From Selaginella moellendorffii (Eukaryota > Plantae > Lycopodiophyta): a stretch of 64,000 nucleotides of DNA. The translations under genes and the position numbers were made by a program. The DNA lies in assembly GCF_000143415.4 (NCBI RefSeq), contig NW_003314313.1:1019430-1083429 (forward strand), written 5' to 3'. Below, piece after piece: positions 1 through 11,742 of this stretch. Numbering within the stretch: the first letter of the stretch is position 1; every line of letters begins with the position of its first letter. The notes under the pieces are model-generated. The model saw only the letters and a list, made by a program, of their open reading frames with translations. It made no database searches and was not told the origin of the DNA.

Positions 1-1328
1 CAGCCGGTAACAGATTGGGTTTTCCAAGATCATACCGGCATTCTGCCTCGGTGTAGCGTCCTGTATTAGTGTTTTTCTACGTTAGAGAAAGAAGATTGCG
101 TAGTGACCTTTATAAAGATTTAAACGAGCATCAGCCGGACCTCCACCATCTTCAAGATATTTCGCAGTTAGCAAACCCATTGCCAAAGGACTGTAAGCCA
201 GGAGGTTTATGCTGAAAAAACAAAGAAGAACACTGTTTACAGTCTACAAAGGTGATAAGCTTTTACCTTTCGTGATGGCAGCATTCGGCGAGACCATAAT
301 CAAAGGTTCGACACAGGAGGCTATATGCATTCTGTTGCAGAGGGTTAGAATCCTCCACTTGGGCATATATAAACTTCTTCTTCTCCACTTACTTGGATCG
401 ATAAAACTCGAGGCAGCCTGTTCCCGCGAGAAGCCCGGCAGAATTCCATGAGACCGTAAGGAGTTTCATTGCTAACTCCAATGTATCTTATCTGTTCAAC
501 CAGTTCTGTTGAGTGGCAAATCGAAAAGGATTTGTACCTTGCCAGCGTCTACAGCGTCAGACAAAGCTTGCAGCTGCTCGTCCACAGGAACTGCTTTGAT
601 ACGGCGTGAAGGATCGTAATCAACTTCTCCAAACATCGGTGTATAGCTATAGAAAATTCCCATTCTCAAGCAAAGCACACAAGCATAAAATGTTTTACTC
701 ACCGATCAGGCCAATGTATCTGATAGAGATCAATATGATCCAAGCAAAGTCGCTGCAAGCTGCACGAAGGAACAAAAACCATGCCAGTAAGAACAATGGT
801 ATGAGAAGTAAAACCTTGTGTCAATAGCCGCCTTGATATTATTCTTGTCCAAAGAGTGTGGTCCTCCACGAATCCAAGTCATTTGTCCCGAAGGCCCAGC
901 TACCTTAGAAAAAACTTAGAACCATGAAATGAAAGAATTTTGCTAGCTCGAGAAAAGCAAGCTCACCTTGGTCGCTATCACAATCTTGTCCCTGGCAATG
1001 TTACTCTCTCTGATCCATCGACCGAGGTAGACCTCACTCTTTCCATGAGTTTGAGCTCTTTGAGGCACCGGGTACCTGCGAGCAAGGAGCAAAGGAAACG
1101 ATCGAAAGCAAAGAAATGCTGGTTTTACATCTCTGCCGTGTCGAAGAAGTTGATTCCAGCTTGTGTAGCGATGCTCAAGAGCTTGGCGGATTCACTATAG
1201 CTGTTCTGCTCACCAAATGTCATGGTTCCTGCCAGGAGCGCGCGAGATACGTGAGAATCAATCCAACGGGCTCACCAACCTAGGCAGAGCTTCGACACGG
1301 AGAGATCCGGCGCGAGAACCACAGCCAT
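1..1328 (-). CDS. Aldo/keto reductase, Tas-like (multi-exon, 3' end outside window)
   Basis: ATG at 1328. Spliced minus-strand exons read MAVVLAPDLSVSKLCLG-TMTFGEQNSY...GINFFDTAEM-YPVPQRAQTHGKSEVYLGRWI...VAGPSGQMTWIRGGP...YTPMFGEVDYDP...EQLQALSDAVDAGK. These are typical Tas/AKR motifs, separated by GT-AG introns. Confidence 0.88.
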
Positions 1329-1337
1329 GCTAACACG

Positions 1338-1382
1338 AAAACCCTAATGGAATAGAAATAGGAAAAATGCCCAGGCTGGGCA
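1338..1382. promoter_or_regulatory. Putative bidirectional promoter with a telo-box (AAACCCTA) and GCCCA/TGGGC site-II-like motifs
   Basis: aaaaccctaat and gcccaggctgggc lie in the roughly 100 bp gap between the divergent AKR and PPR start codons. Confidence 0.4.
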
Positions 1383-1431
1383 TCTAGACATTCTTGTTTG
1401 GCACCAGTATGATCACAGAAGAGCTGGCTAA

Positions 1432-3669
1432 ATGCCCGACGCAGTGGCTGATCTTGCCACTCGCCTCCGATGTTGCTCCTGCATTGTGGCCGGAGAGCAA
1501 ATCCACAGGGAGATCAAAGCATCCGCTCTCGAGCACAACAGGTACCTTGCAAACTTGCTCGTCCAAATGTATGGCAAGCTTGATAGATTGGGCGAAGCAC
1601 GCGCTGTCTTTGATAGCATCCACGCTCCCGATGCCTTCTCTTGGAGTATTATGATCGCGTGCTACACGAAAGGCGGCGAGATCGAAGCTGCGAGGCGCCT
1701 TTTTGATGCTGCTGGGACTGATCCGGGGGTCGTGTCATGGAACACCATGATCACGGCATATGCCCGAATTGGGGATCTCAGCGAGGCCAAGAAGCTTTTC
1801 CAGAAAATGCCGAATCCCAATGCTGTTACGTGGACGGCGATCCTCACAGCAGTTGCGGAGAACAGCTCGCTCCAGGAAACGCGAGAACTTTTTGATGCAA
1901 TGCCAGAGAGAAATCTTTCATCGTGGAACGTAATGCTTAATGCATATGCCCGAACTGGGCACTTGGGAGAATCTGAAAACTTGTTCTGCACTTGCCCTGA
2001 GAGAAACATTCGGACTTGGAACGCTTTACTGCATGCATGCGTCCAAAACGGAAATGTTCTTGATGCCCAAGACGTGTTCTCACGGATGCCCGAGAGAGAT
2101 GCTGTGTCGTGGACGGATATGCTCATGGCGTATGCCACCTTTGGGCATACTGAAGATGCCAAGAATTTGTTTAGACAGATGCCAGAGAAAAACACTGTCG
2201 CGTGGAACATTATGGTAAACGCATTATTCCAAGGTGGTTGTTCGAACGAGGCTAAGGAATATTTCGACAAGGCTCCGAATCCAAATGTAGTGACCTGGAA
2301 CTCTATGATCCTTGCGTATATCCGTTCTGGATATATAGCGGAGGCGAGGCGGCTCTTTGATTCGATGCCAATGCGAGATTTGATAACTTGGAATTCAATG
2401 ATCCAAGCATATGCCGATGCCTTAGATTCCCACAGTGCCGATGCTCTCTTTGATCGATCTCCACAACACAATGTGGTGTCGCGGACCACAATGTTGGTCA
2501 TGTATGCCGAGGTTGGGCATCTGGAAGATGCCAAACGAATCTTCGACACGATGCCAAGCAAGAACATTGTGTCGTGGACGGCGCTGCTGCAGGCATATGC
2601 CGAGGCTGGGAATCTCGACGATGCCGAGAGGATATTTCACCGGATGCCCGAGTGGAATAGCGTGACGTGGAATGCGATGGTTGGTGGATATGGCGTTGCT
2701 GGAAATGTAAATAAAGCGGAATCCATGTTTAGCGAGATGCCGGAGAGTGACGTGTTGTCGTGGAACGTTATGCTGGAGGTATATACCAGCAATGGGCATC
2801 TTGGAGACGCAAAGGCACTGTTTGATAGAATGCCGTGTTGGACTCAAACATCGTGGAATATTCTGCTAGCGGCATACGCGGAGGGGTCTTTGCTAGAGGA
2901 GATGCTCTGGTTGCTCGACTCCATGCCTGGGAGAAACGTTGCCAGCTGGACGATTGCGATTGCGACACTTGGCGCGAATGGGCATCTGTGTGAGGCGGAG
3001 AGAATCTTCGGTTTGATGCCAGAGCACGACCTCGTGTGCTGTACGGCGATGCTCACGGTATTGGTACACCACAGGAAGTGTTACAAAGCAAAGCTCTTTT
3101 TTGAAAAGATTCCAGAGCGCAGCCAGGTATCTTGGAACACGATGCTGGAAGCATATGCCCTGTCGCGGGATATCCATGGCGCGAGAATCTTTTTCGAACG
3201 CATGGAGGCGCGGGAGGCGGTGGCGTGGGGCAGTGTGATTGGATCGTACGCAAACGCTGGCCTCATGGAATCCGCCATGACACTCTTCCGTACCATGGCC
3301 ATGGAGGCTCTAGCTCCCGACGAGATTATCTTCCTCAGCGTTCTCTCGGCTTGCAATCACGCCGGATCGCTAGAACAGGGCTTGCGCTGCTTCATGTCGA
3401 TGATCGCAGACTATGGATCGGCGCCACGGAGGGAGCACTACACTTGCTTGATCGATCTTCTCGGCCGGGCGGGGGAATTACTCGATGCGGAAGAGATCAT
3501 TAGCAAGATGCCATTCAAGCCGGATGCCACGGCCTGGGGGTCGCTGCTGAGCTCCTGCGCAGGGGTGAGAGAGATCGATCGAGGGACGAGGAAAGCCAGG
3601 GCGGCATTCCAATCCAGTGATAGCTCCAGCCCCTATATTTCCCTCGCTAATATGCGCTCCAGAAATTAG
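1432..3669 (+). CDS. PLS-class pentatricopeptide repeat protein (tandem 31-aa S/SS motifs, partial E domain, no DYW)
   Basis: Intronless 745-aa ORF with repeated VVSWNxMIxAYAxxGxxxEAxxLFDxMPER units. C-terminus has SACNHAG, HYTCLIDLLGRAG and MPFKPDATAWGSLL, and ends at YISLANM. Confidence 0.95.
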   Translation: MPDAVADLATRLRCCSCIVAGEQIHREIKASALEHNRYLANLLVQMYGKLDRLGEARAVFDSIHAPDAFSWSIMIACYTKGGEIEAARRLFDAAGTDPGVVSWNTMITAYARIGDLSEAKKLFQKMPNPNAVTWTAILTAVAENSSLQETRELFDAMPERNLSSWNVMLNAYARTGHLGESENLFCTCPERNIRTWNALLHACVQNGNVLDAQDVFSRMPERDAVSWTDMLMAYATFGHTEDAKNLFRQMPEKNTVAWNIMVNALFQGGCSNEAKEYFDKAPNPNVVTWNSMILAYIRSGYIAEARRLFDSMPMRDLITWNSMIQAYADALDSHSADALFDRSPQHNVVSRTTMLVMYAEVGHLEDAKRIFDTMPSKNIVSWTALLQAYAEAGNLDDAERIFHRMPEWNSVTWNAMVGGYGVAGNVNKAESMFSEMPESDVLSWNVMLEVYTSNGHLGDAKALFDRMPCWTQTSWNILLAAYAEGSLLEEMLWLLDSMPGRNVASWTIAIATLGANGHLCEAERIFGLMPEHDLVCCTAMLTVLVHHRKCYKAKLFFEKIPERSQVSWNTMLEAYALSRDIHGARIFFERMEAREAVAWGSVIGSYANAGLMESAMTLFRTMAMEALAPDEIIFLSVLSACNHAGSLEQGLRCFMSMIADYGSAPRREHYTCLIDLLGRAGELLDAEEIISKMPFKPDATAWGSLLSSCAGVREIDRGTRKARAAFQSSDSSSPYISLANMRSRN

Positions 3670-3681
3670 GGTTCTTCGGGG

Positions 3682-6600
3682 ATGGAGGTGGAGGTGAGGC
3701 GCGTTGCCAGCAGCGATGTCGGCTTCGTTGCGCTCCCGATGCATGTAATTTACCTTCTCCAGCAAGGCGACGCGCATTTCACTTCCCTCCTGGTGCTGGA
3801 ATTGAAGATTTCGCGTCCAGCGGCAGGCGATGGAGCCGCATTGGTTCCCTGGTTCGTGGCTTGGAGCGGCGCCACCTCCAATTCCATTTTCATCGAGGTA
3901 CGTTCGTGGAGTTCCTGGGGGTGATCTTCTTTCTTAGCTCAAGCTTTGATGAAGGAAGGTTGCGGAGAGTCTAGCGCAATGCCTGGGGCTACCTGATCGA
4001 GCGAAGGTTACAGTTCGTGTTCGTATCGATTTGCCAGAAGCACAGACTGTTCTAGTGGAGCCAGCGACGGAGGACGATTCGGAGATTTTGGAGCTCCACG
4101 CTGACTACCTTGAGACTCATATCTTAAACGAGGTATCCAGTTCGAACATATAGTCTTCTCGGTCTATTTTTTTCTTCTTCTACGTTGCTTCTAAGTTTTC
4201 TTATTCCAGGTTGGAGTGCTACAGGAGGGACGCCGGTTTCCTGTGTCAGTTCCAGGACAAGGGGTACTTGTGTTGCTTGCAAAGTCCATCACTCCAAGGT
4301 CAGTGGTGAGTGTGTGGAATTATTCTGGTGTGAACCATAGTCTCGTCCTCATGGCAATCCTTTTCAGGTAAGACTCACGCGAGGGACGGAATTAGTTGTG
4401 TCTATCAAGAAGCGCCAACATAACATCAAGCAAGGCCCGCAATTTGGAAAAAGTATCTGGCTGCGAATCCAGGATATTGACGAGTCGCTACATCAAGTTT
4501 GCAATATCGGAGGCAAAGAGCTCGCAGTTATTCCTACCGCTGCGGTTTACATCAATTCAAATACAGCGGAACGAGTCACCGTGGCAAATGGACAGTGGGT
4601 GCTGGTGAGAGCAAGCCAGTCCTTTCCGAATGAAGAAACGACTGATGAGCAGAAAAAGGCAACTAGATCGGCAGCTGTTCGTGTGATTTATTGGAGTGGA
4701 GCCACCGATGGCCATGCTGTGGTCTCAGCGCCTTTGCGGCAGTATTTGGGTGTTCAGCTCCACGGAGGTATAGCTTTTATATTAACTGTAACTCTGGACT
4801 TAACAATTTCTGCAGGGTTGTGTCTTCAATCCTTTCACCAAACTAATCTGCTGCAAGCAACGAGTGTTAGCGTAACTCCGGTTATGTTTCACTCAGAAGA
4901 AAATCAAACAGATGGGAAGCAGCTCAAGCAAGTGATTTCTTCCGAGACAGTGGACGATAAGCTTACCTTGATTAGAGCTTGGATAAAAGCCCAACAAAGG
5001 ACGTTGCACAACGCTTTCGGCGGTAATGATGGTACTTCCTGGCCGGCAACATCCTTGATAGCGCTTTCGGAAGCGCCTGCCAACAGACAGAAAAAAGAAT
5101 CGATTTTTTTGTTGAGCCTACAGTGCGGGGGGCAGATGGACAACAATATGCTTGTACTCGACGCCCGCATACTAGACGACGAGAAGCCTGTCTTGGATTT
5201 ACGGATTGAGCGTCTCCAGTATTTGTTCACGATTAGTAAGGAGGACCGTGACGTCGATATGCCTTCTTTCAAATCAGTCTGGGTTAAAGGAAGCGCTGAC
5301 GAAGCTTTACAGCGTACGTGTTCGTGTTCTTGCTTGATTGTTTTTCTTACAATTTTTTTTTCAGGACTTACCCTCCTGTTAACTCCAACTAGTCTGCAAA
5401 AGCTACGAGACATGGAAGTTGCGGTACCTGTTGGTATTCTTCTGTATGGACCAGCAGTAAGAAGACAGAAATATTACCCTTTGTGGAATGACGCCGTTGT
5501 GTTTGCAGGCGTGTGGAAAAACTCAGCTAGCTTTGGCTCTGGCACGGGAGCTCGGTGAAAACAAACAAATACAAGCGCATCGGTTTGTTATTATGTCTTT
5601 CCCCATTACGTGTTTTCTAACGCAATGGATTTGCTTGACATAGGGTGATTCTGAAATGTGCTGAGCTTGTTGGTGAAGCAGAAAGTCCAACAAAACGCCG
5701 TCTGAAGGAAGCAGTTCTGGGAGCCATTCAGCATGCGCCTTCTTTGGTGGTGCTCGATGACCTGGACGCTCTTTTCTCGATTAATGAAGAAGGAGGAGTT
5801 GATATGTCAGCCACTTCTCTCGCGGAGTACCTTTCAGATGTGATGGACAATGCTCAGGTGAAAGGTTCAGGCAACTTTAAAGTTTTACGTGCTCTTTTTT
5901 CTGTTCCACAGAGAACGGCTTCTGTCGCGTTTCTTGCAACTGCAAGTGGACCAAAATCTCTTCCACTTTCTCTGCGCTCGTCAGGTATTCTACCTTCCAA
6001 GGCTAAACACGTTCACTTTGGACACTGGTAATGCAGGACGATTTGATTTTAGCGTTGAGCTAGAACCCCCTGGTATTCGTGAGCGAGAAGGCATTCTCGA
6101 GCAAATTATCGCAAGCCGAGGTTTTGAGTGTCCAAAAACTATAACGAGTAGAGTGGCTGCCAAATGTGATGGATACGATGCAAATGATCTGGTAATGTGG
6201 TTTAGCTCATACTGTACTAGGTGCTGATTACTCATGGAATCAGGAAATTATGGTGGACAGAGCTTTGCATGCTTCATCTGCCCGATATCTCGCAAAAAAG
6301 GCGGAGACGGAAACGGGCCGCAATTTTCACTTGACAGACAGCGACCTGAACGACGCACTTCAAGGCCTTGTTCCGGCAGCACTCAAAGGAGTTGCCAAGG
6401 CGGGGAAAACTGGACCGATACTGGGATGGGATGATGTAGGTGGCCTGCAAGAAGTTTGCCGTGTGATTAGAGAGGTACTATTAACGTTGATTTGGATATC
6501 ATCTGCCTCACTAGACTCGTATATTTGCAGCTGTTGGAACTACCTGTGAGGTACCCAAAGCTTTTTGCTAGTGCACCTTTGCGGTTGCGTACTGGCGTTC

Positions 6601-7616
6601 TTCTATACGGTCCTCCTGGATGCGGAAAAACGCATGTTGTTGCGGCAGCTGCTGCGGCGTGCTCCCTCCGTTATATTCCAGTGAAAGGTCCAGAGCTTCT
6701 TGACAAATACATTGGTGCTTCTGAAAAGGCGGTATGCTCTTTGAAAATATTTTGAGCTAGACCTTTGTTCCTTGTCCATCCAGGTTCGTGACGTTTTCGC
6801 GAGAGCAGCTGCGGCTGCTCCTTGCATCCTGTTCTTTGACGAGTTCGACGCTATTGCTCCCAAGCGTGGGCACGACAATACCGGTGTTACAGATCGGGTT
6901 GTGAACCAGGTACACGAACTTTTAAGCCATTGCATTAATAACTGTAGCATGCAGCTTCTAGCTGAGCTTGACGGGGTCTCAGCTTTAACGGGTGTTTTTA
7001 CGTTCGCTGCTACCAAGTCAGTCAGCCTCTTATGAGAGTTGTTTGTGTAGCACTAATCGTTCTTTCTCTTGTAGCCGTCCTGATCTGATTGATGCGGCGC
7101 TGCTTCGACCTGGGCGACTCGACCATCTTTTGTTTTGCGATTTTCCTTCACAGGCCGAGAGGCTTGACATCCTACGTGTACTCTCCCGACATGTACGTAC
7201 CCCTTCTTTTTGTTTTCTTTCTCTTGGCAGGTTTAACTTGATTTCCTTTTAAACAGCTTTCAATGGAAGATGACATTGACCTGCAGTACTTATCGCGTTT
7301 CTCAGAGGGTTTCAGTGGAGCAGATCTGAAAGCTGTTCTCTCAGACGCAGAACTAGAAGCAGTCCATTCGGCAATTGAAAGGCCAAGAGAAAAACACAAC
7401 CAGCGCCCTGTAATAACGATGGAAATGCTCAAGTCAGCACTTGCGCGGGCCATCCCGCTACAGGAGGCAGAAAGGAAGCGATTCGCCAGCATATACAGTA
7501 CATTTACAAGCGGCAGATCGTCATCTAAGGTCCGTTGCTCTTACGTGTTTTTTTTTTCATCGTCTTGACGTTCTGGTTGATAGGATTCCAAGGGAAAGAA
7601 AGCAACGCTGGCCTAG
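3682..7616 (+). CDS. PEX1: Peroxisome biogenesis AAA ATPase PEX1 (multi-exon)
   Basis: N-terminus MEVEV...FVALP...[11 protein letters not shown]1 Walker A is GPA-ACGKT. D2 region reads GWDDVGGL...[18 protein letters not shown]...[15 protein letters not shown]...[26 protein letters not shown]...RPGRLD. C-terminus KGKKATLA* matches plant PEX1. Confidence 0.93.
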
Positions 7617-7639
7617 GAAAGAGAGAACCAGACAAGCAC

Positions 7640-8844
7640 TCGGCTGAATGTAATCTATCTTCGTGGACAGTAACATCAGGCCTTTTGCTAGAGGTGTGTG
7701 GTCGTGTTCCTTGCAAAAATGATTCGTCAACTGTAACACCTGATCTGCAGGCCTACTTTGGGCTTCCTGATCATGCGAAAGTGGCTTGTACTGACGTGCC
7801 ACCTCTACGAGTTTCCTGCCAAGGTTTGTAGGTAGCTAGCTTATATAAAAGCATTTCGCGTCACAAACATAAGCTCAAAGCTCTCTTGTGCTGTGACAAA
7901 GTGATGGCCTGTTCCCAGGCCATAGCACAAGCGAGTGAAAGTGTGAAGGTCTCTAAAAGCTGTGGCTTGTCTCCCTTCTGCGTGCTGACGTAGAGAAATT
8001 CACTGCAAGAATCCTCTCAAGGCCGTACGGGCTCGCCCGGTACGTGCTGGTTGTTTTCATTGTGATTGCCTGCCGAGAGCCGTGTGTGGATGTTCTCTAT
8101 AATGGTCTTGTGTCGTCTTGTGCGATCTAAGGCTGCCTGGCTGGTTGGCGTCCTTCTCGTGAGCGTCTTGTATTCTCTTTCCTGTCCTTTTGGCTATGGC
8201 CACTATTAGAATGATAGCGTGGTTTAATTTGTCTCTAACGCCATGCTTGTGACGTCCTTACAGGTTTGTTGTGGAGAGCAATGTCTCTTTCTCCATTCGG
8301 GTCCACGAAGTTATGGGACATGCATGCCGGCTTCTTGCTGCTGGCATTTCCCCAGGGAAGGAAAAGCGACATACAGAAGTAAGTGGAGCTATACTCATTT
8401 AAGCATTGCGCAGCCGGAGAGACGTTGCCAACTGTTAAAGGGAAAGCAATGCTTTGCTTGAAGCAACAAACAGGTAACAAGATCCATTTGTAAATTATGA
8501 TCGTCACACTGAGCATTCCCGTCCAGCTCCCGGCTTTGGAGCGTTTGGAGCGGTTCTCACTGTTTTATTCCACTGAAGTTACTACTTTGCTAAGCTAGCT
8601 GCAACAGTAGATCGAGTGCTAAGCAGCAGAGATAGTGCTCTCTGGTCCCCCAAGAGACGCGGGCCACAAGGAGAAGCTTTTCATGATACCCGGTAAAAGG
8701 TTCGTCCTGCAAAAGCAACCACCAATGCGTGGCTTGAAACTTGGGGCGGTGTCGGCTCCAGAGAACTTGCGGTGTGCATTGCGCCAGTTCACTCTCAGTT
8801 CCGAGGGAGAGTGGCAGATGCATTTTTCCACCGCCAGCTGCTGA
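7640..8844 (+). other. Possible uncharacterised spliced gene or gene remnant
   Basis: Short exon-like segments bounded by AG/GT (AYFGLPDHAKVACTDVPPLRVSCQ; FVVESNVSFSIRVHEVMGHACRLL; IVLSGPPRDAGHKEKLFMIPGKRFVLQ...). No family recognised and no clear start codon. Confidence 0.3.
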
Positions 8845-9361
8845 TCAAAATCTCACTGTCAGTGTGGCTCCACCCTGCAAAAACCGGGAGAAACTCGACT
8901 CCGAATTAAGAGAACAAATGGTGGAGGATTGCAGATCCGAGCTCCAACAAGCTCCCGAAAGGCAAAGGACAAGAGAATTCACGAGCGAGCAGGCAGAGTT
9001 AGACGTTTTCGAGAGAGAGAAGGAAGAAGACACGACACGATCAGTAGCAGCAGCAGCAGCAGCAGCAGCACCGGCCTTGAATTTGGAAACAAGGGAACCT
9101 AGGATCACATTTCTTCCGGCGGTGCAAGCAAGTGATAATTACACTGCTCGAGCTCAGCGGAGCATATCACCACCCAGGAAGTTCGCAAACCCGGCACTCC
9201 TAGGTTCCTTTATTCCCAAACACAAGACAGAAGCCAGAGGTCCATGTCTGGATGGATGGATCAAACCAAGAACGGAGTTCTTACAAGTCAAGGCGGCCCC
9301 CAACGAGAACAAGTGCTCAAGCGAAAGAAGTCTGATCGAGAAGAACCATAGTTCGCAGATC

Positions 9362-9405
9362 CAGAAGAAGAAGAACAGAAGAAGAAGAAGAAGAAGAAGA
9401 AGAAG
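9362..9405. repeat. (GAA)n microsatellite
   Basis: Run of agaagaagaaga... visible directly. Confidence 0.8.
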
Positions 9406-9614
9406 ATCTTCGTTAAGACAAGAGGGAAGAAGAAGCAGATCTTCGTTTCAATCAACAAGAAAGAAGAAGAACACCAAACAAGAAAGAAGAAAACAAGCAG
9501 CAAATAGCTAAACACACGATTCAACAGACACTGAGGCGACGGATGCTTGCACGCGAACTATTTATCCTCCGGCGAAGATGCTAGCGGTGCAAAGCAGGGG
9601 AGGCTCCATCTCCG

Positions 9615-9645
9615 GCTCTCTCTCTCTCTCTCTCTCTCACACACA
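9615..9645. repeat. (CT)n(CA)n microsatellite / GAGA element
   Basis: ctctctctctctctctctctctcacacacag. Confidence 0.8.
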
Positions 9646-10178
9646 GGGAGAGAAAAGAAAAACTTTCCATATTCATTAAAAAATTGAAGCTCTTACCGTT
9701 TCGAGAAAGCCCCTGTTTACGCGACCCGCGCATCGAAGCCGTCCATTCTCAGAGAGCTTTCCATTTATATCCATGTCACGTCGCTATCGTCACCATTAAA
9801 ACCAGCTTCCCGGAGCACTAAAACATGGCATTACGCTACACTAGCACCAAAGATTTCCATTTCCTCGCATTGCAATGTTTGAGAGTCAGTGCCACGGCTT
9901 CTAGGGTTTCTGTATCCAACGGCAAACATCGCGCCACGTGGAGAGGCATGAAGGCGCCAGCACGACATCCCCGTTTAAGCCCTTATTCTTGCTTAATCCA
10001 TTAAGCATGGATTAGCCAGTCTTTTATTTCGCGGATTTATTAATATAAACACCCTGGAAAATATTTCCCAGGGCCGTGAAATGCAACGAGACGAGAGAGT
10101 GACGAGAGAGACGCTCGTTCTTTTTGTTCGTCCTTCTTCCTGTTGCTGCTTTTTCGTGGCTCCCCGGAGTGATCTTCC

Positions 10179-10916
10179 TCACTTCTTGGAGCGGCGGGGC
10201 CGCTTGGATCCCCACACCTCGAATCTGGCGGCGGGGCAGCCACACCGAGCTCGAAAAACCAGCACCGCCCGCCCGTTTGGAGGAGCCATCCTCTTGAGCT
10301 CCGCCTCCAGCTCCTTTTGATCCTGCGCCAGCTGCAGCCCCTTGTCCAGCAGCACAGCGTTGGTCGGCGGCGAGCTCTTGACGCACTCCTCCGTCTCGAG
10401 CTGGATGTCGCACTCCATGGCGTTTTTCAGCCCCTTGCACGACGGGTTGCCGCACTTCCTCGACTTAAACTGGTACAGCTCCCACATCCCGATCACCGAC
10501 GCCGAGGTGAGCACCGCCGCCAGCGCGTAGGCGACGGGAGCCTCGTACACGACCTCGCCGATGAAGAGGAACGTTGCCGGGAGGATCTCGATGATCTCGT
10601 TGCACACCAGCTTGAAGTATGGCGTGAAGAGGAAGGCGCAGGCGGCGAGAGCCACCAAGAGGATGAGGATGTCGATGGCGGCGGTGGAGCAGCGGTCGCA
10701 AGGTGGCGATGATTGGTGGTGGTGGCTGTTTACGCCGCCGCCGCCACCATTTGCTTGCTTCTTTGATCTAACTGGTTTGTACCTGGTTGTGCTGCTGCTA
10801 CCGCTGGTGCTGCTCGAGGAGCCGAAGGTCAGACGGTCCGAGAGCATGACGGACTTCACCATTCCACACTGCCGCTTGATGATTCTGCAAGCTCTTGACA
10901 GGCTCCGGCAGACCAT
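10179..10916 (-). CDS. At5g19025-like membrane protein (annotated in plants as ribosomal protein L34Ae-like family)
   Basis: 245 aa with PPCDR..SAAIDILILL TM segment, second TM segment, RKCGNPSCKGLKNAMECDIQLETEECVK and ELEAELKRMAPPNGRAVLVFRARCGC. A probable 5' UTR intron lies at about 10940-11410. Confidence 0.85.
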   Translation of the reverse strand: MVCRSLSRACRIIKRQCGMVKSVMLSDRLTFGSSSSTSGSSSTTRYKPVRSKKQANGGGGGVNSHHHQSSPPCDRCSTAAIDILILLVALAACAFLFTPYFKLVCNEIIEILPATFLFIGEVVYEAPVAYALAAVLTSASVIGMWELYQFKSRKCGNPSCKGLKNAMECDIQLETEECVKSSPPTNAVLLDKGLQLAQDQKELEAELKRMAPPNGRAVLVFRARCGCPAARFEVWGSKRPRRSKK

Positions 10917-11742
10917 CCCCGCGTGCCAACGCTAGAGCTGGAAAACACGAAAAGAGAAACTTAGTTTGGTCCCTTCTCCTCAAGGCACAGCACAAGAAAA
11001 CCGCTAGAACAGAGTCCAAACAATCTAAGATTGACAAAAGGTGAAAATCTGAGCTGACAAACACAGAGAAACTTAGTTTGAAAGAAAGCTCTCAAGGCAT
11101 TTTACAGGTGTAACGACAACCAGCAAGAAAACCACGAGAACAAAGTATCGAAAAAACACTAGATTGACAAGATGTGATCTCAAATCCCAGACACCACAGT
11201 GCTCACAGAAAGAGTTGTAAAAAGAAAAGAAAGACACGAGAGTAAAATGAAGGAGAAAAGAAAAGACCACAGAAACGATGAACGAGCTTCCCAGAAAGAG
11301 TCAATCGGCAATGGATTCCGCGAGAAGCAAGCTCACAAAGAAAGAATTGCCCTAAAAATCGAGATCTCAATTTCGCCATGCAATCCGGCTGCTCCGGCAG
11401 TGACACATACCTAGAAATGCGATCTGATCGCGCAAGATCCACGCAGCAAAACCCTCGCCCTCGCGATCGCGCGACCCCGAATTCCGCCTCCGGCCGAAAG
11501 ATTTGTGGCCAATTGGCGATGAGCCGATGAGCCTGGAAGAACCGCGGCTATGGCGCGCGGCTCGCCATCGGCATCGGCATCGCTAGCGCCATCGCAGCAG
11601 CACAGCCTCGGAAAGAATGTAAACCAGGAGAAAACGGACAAAGCAAAGACGAAAGAAAGAGATGAGGGCAAATGGAAGGAGAAAGTAAACGCGATTAATG
11701 ACCTTTAGGGCTTTTGGCTGACGTATGCCCTAAAAGTCCCGT

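Noticed and set aside
1662-2567. 301-aa antisense ORF (and 12662-13366 similarly)
   Set aside because: Codon-symmetric shadows of the PPR genes.
8741-9511. 256-aa ORF with poly-Ala and poly-Arg
   Set aside because: Openness is largely explained by (GCA)n and (GAA)n microsatellites and purine skew. It has a non-ATG start and no domain.
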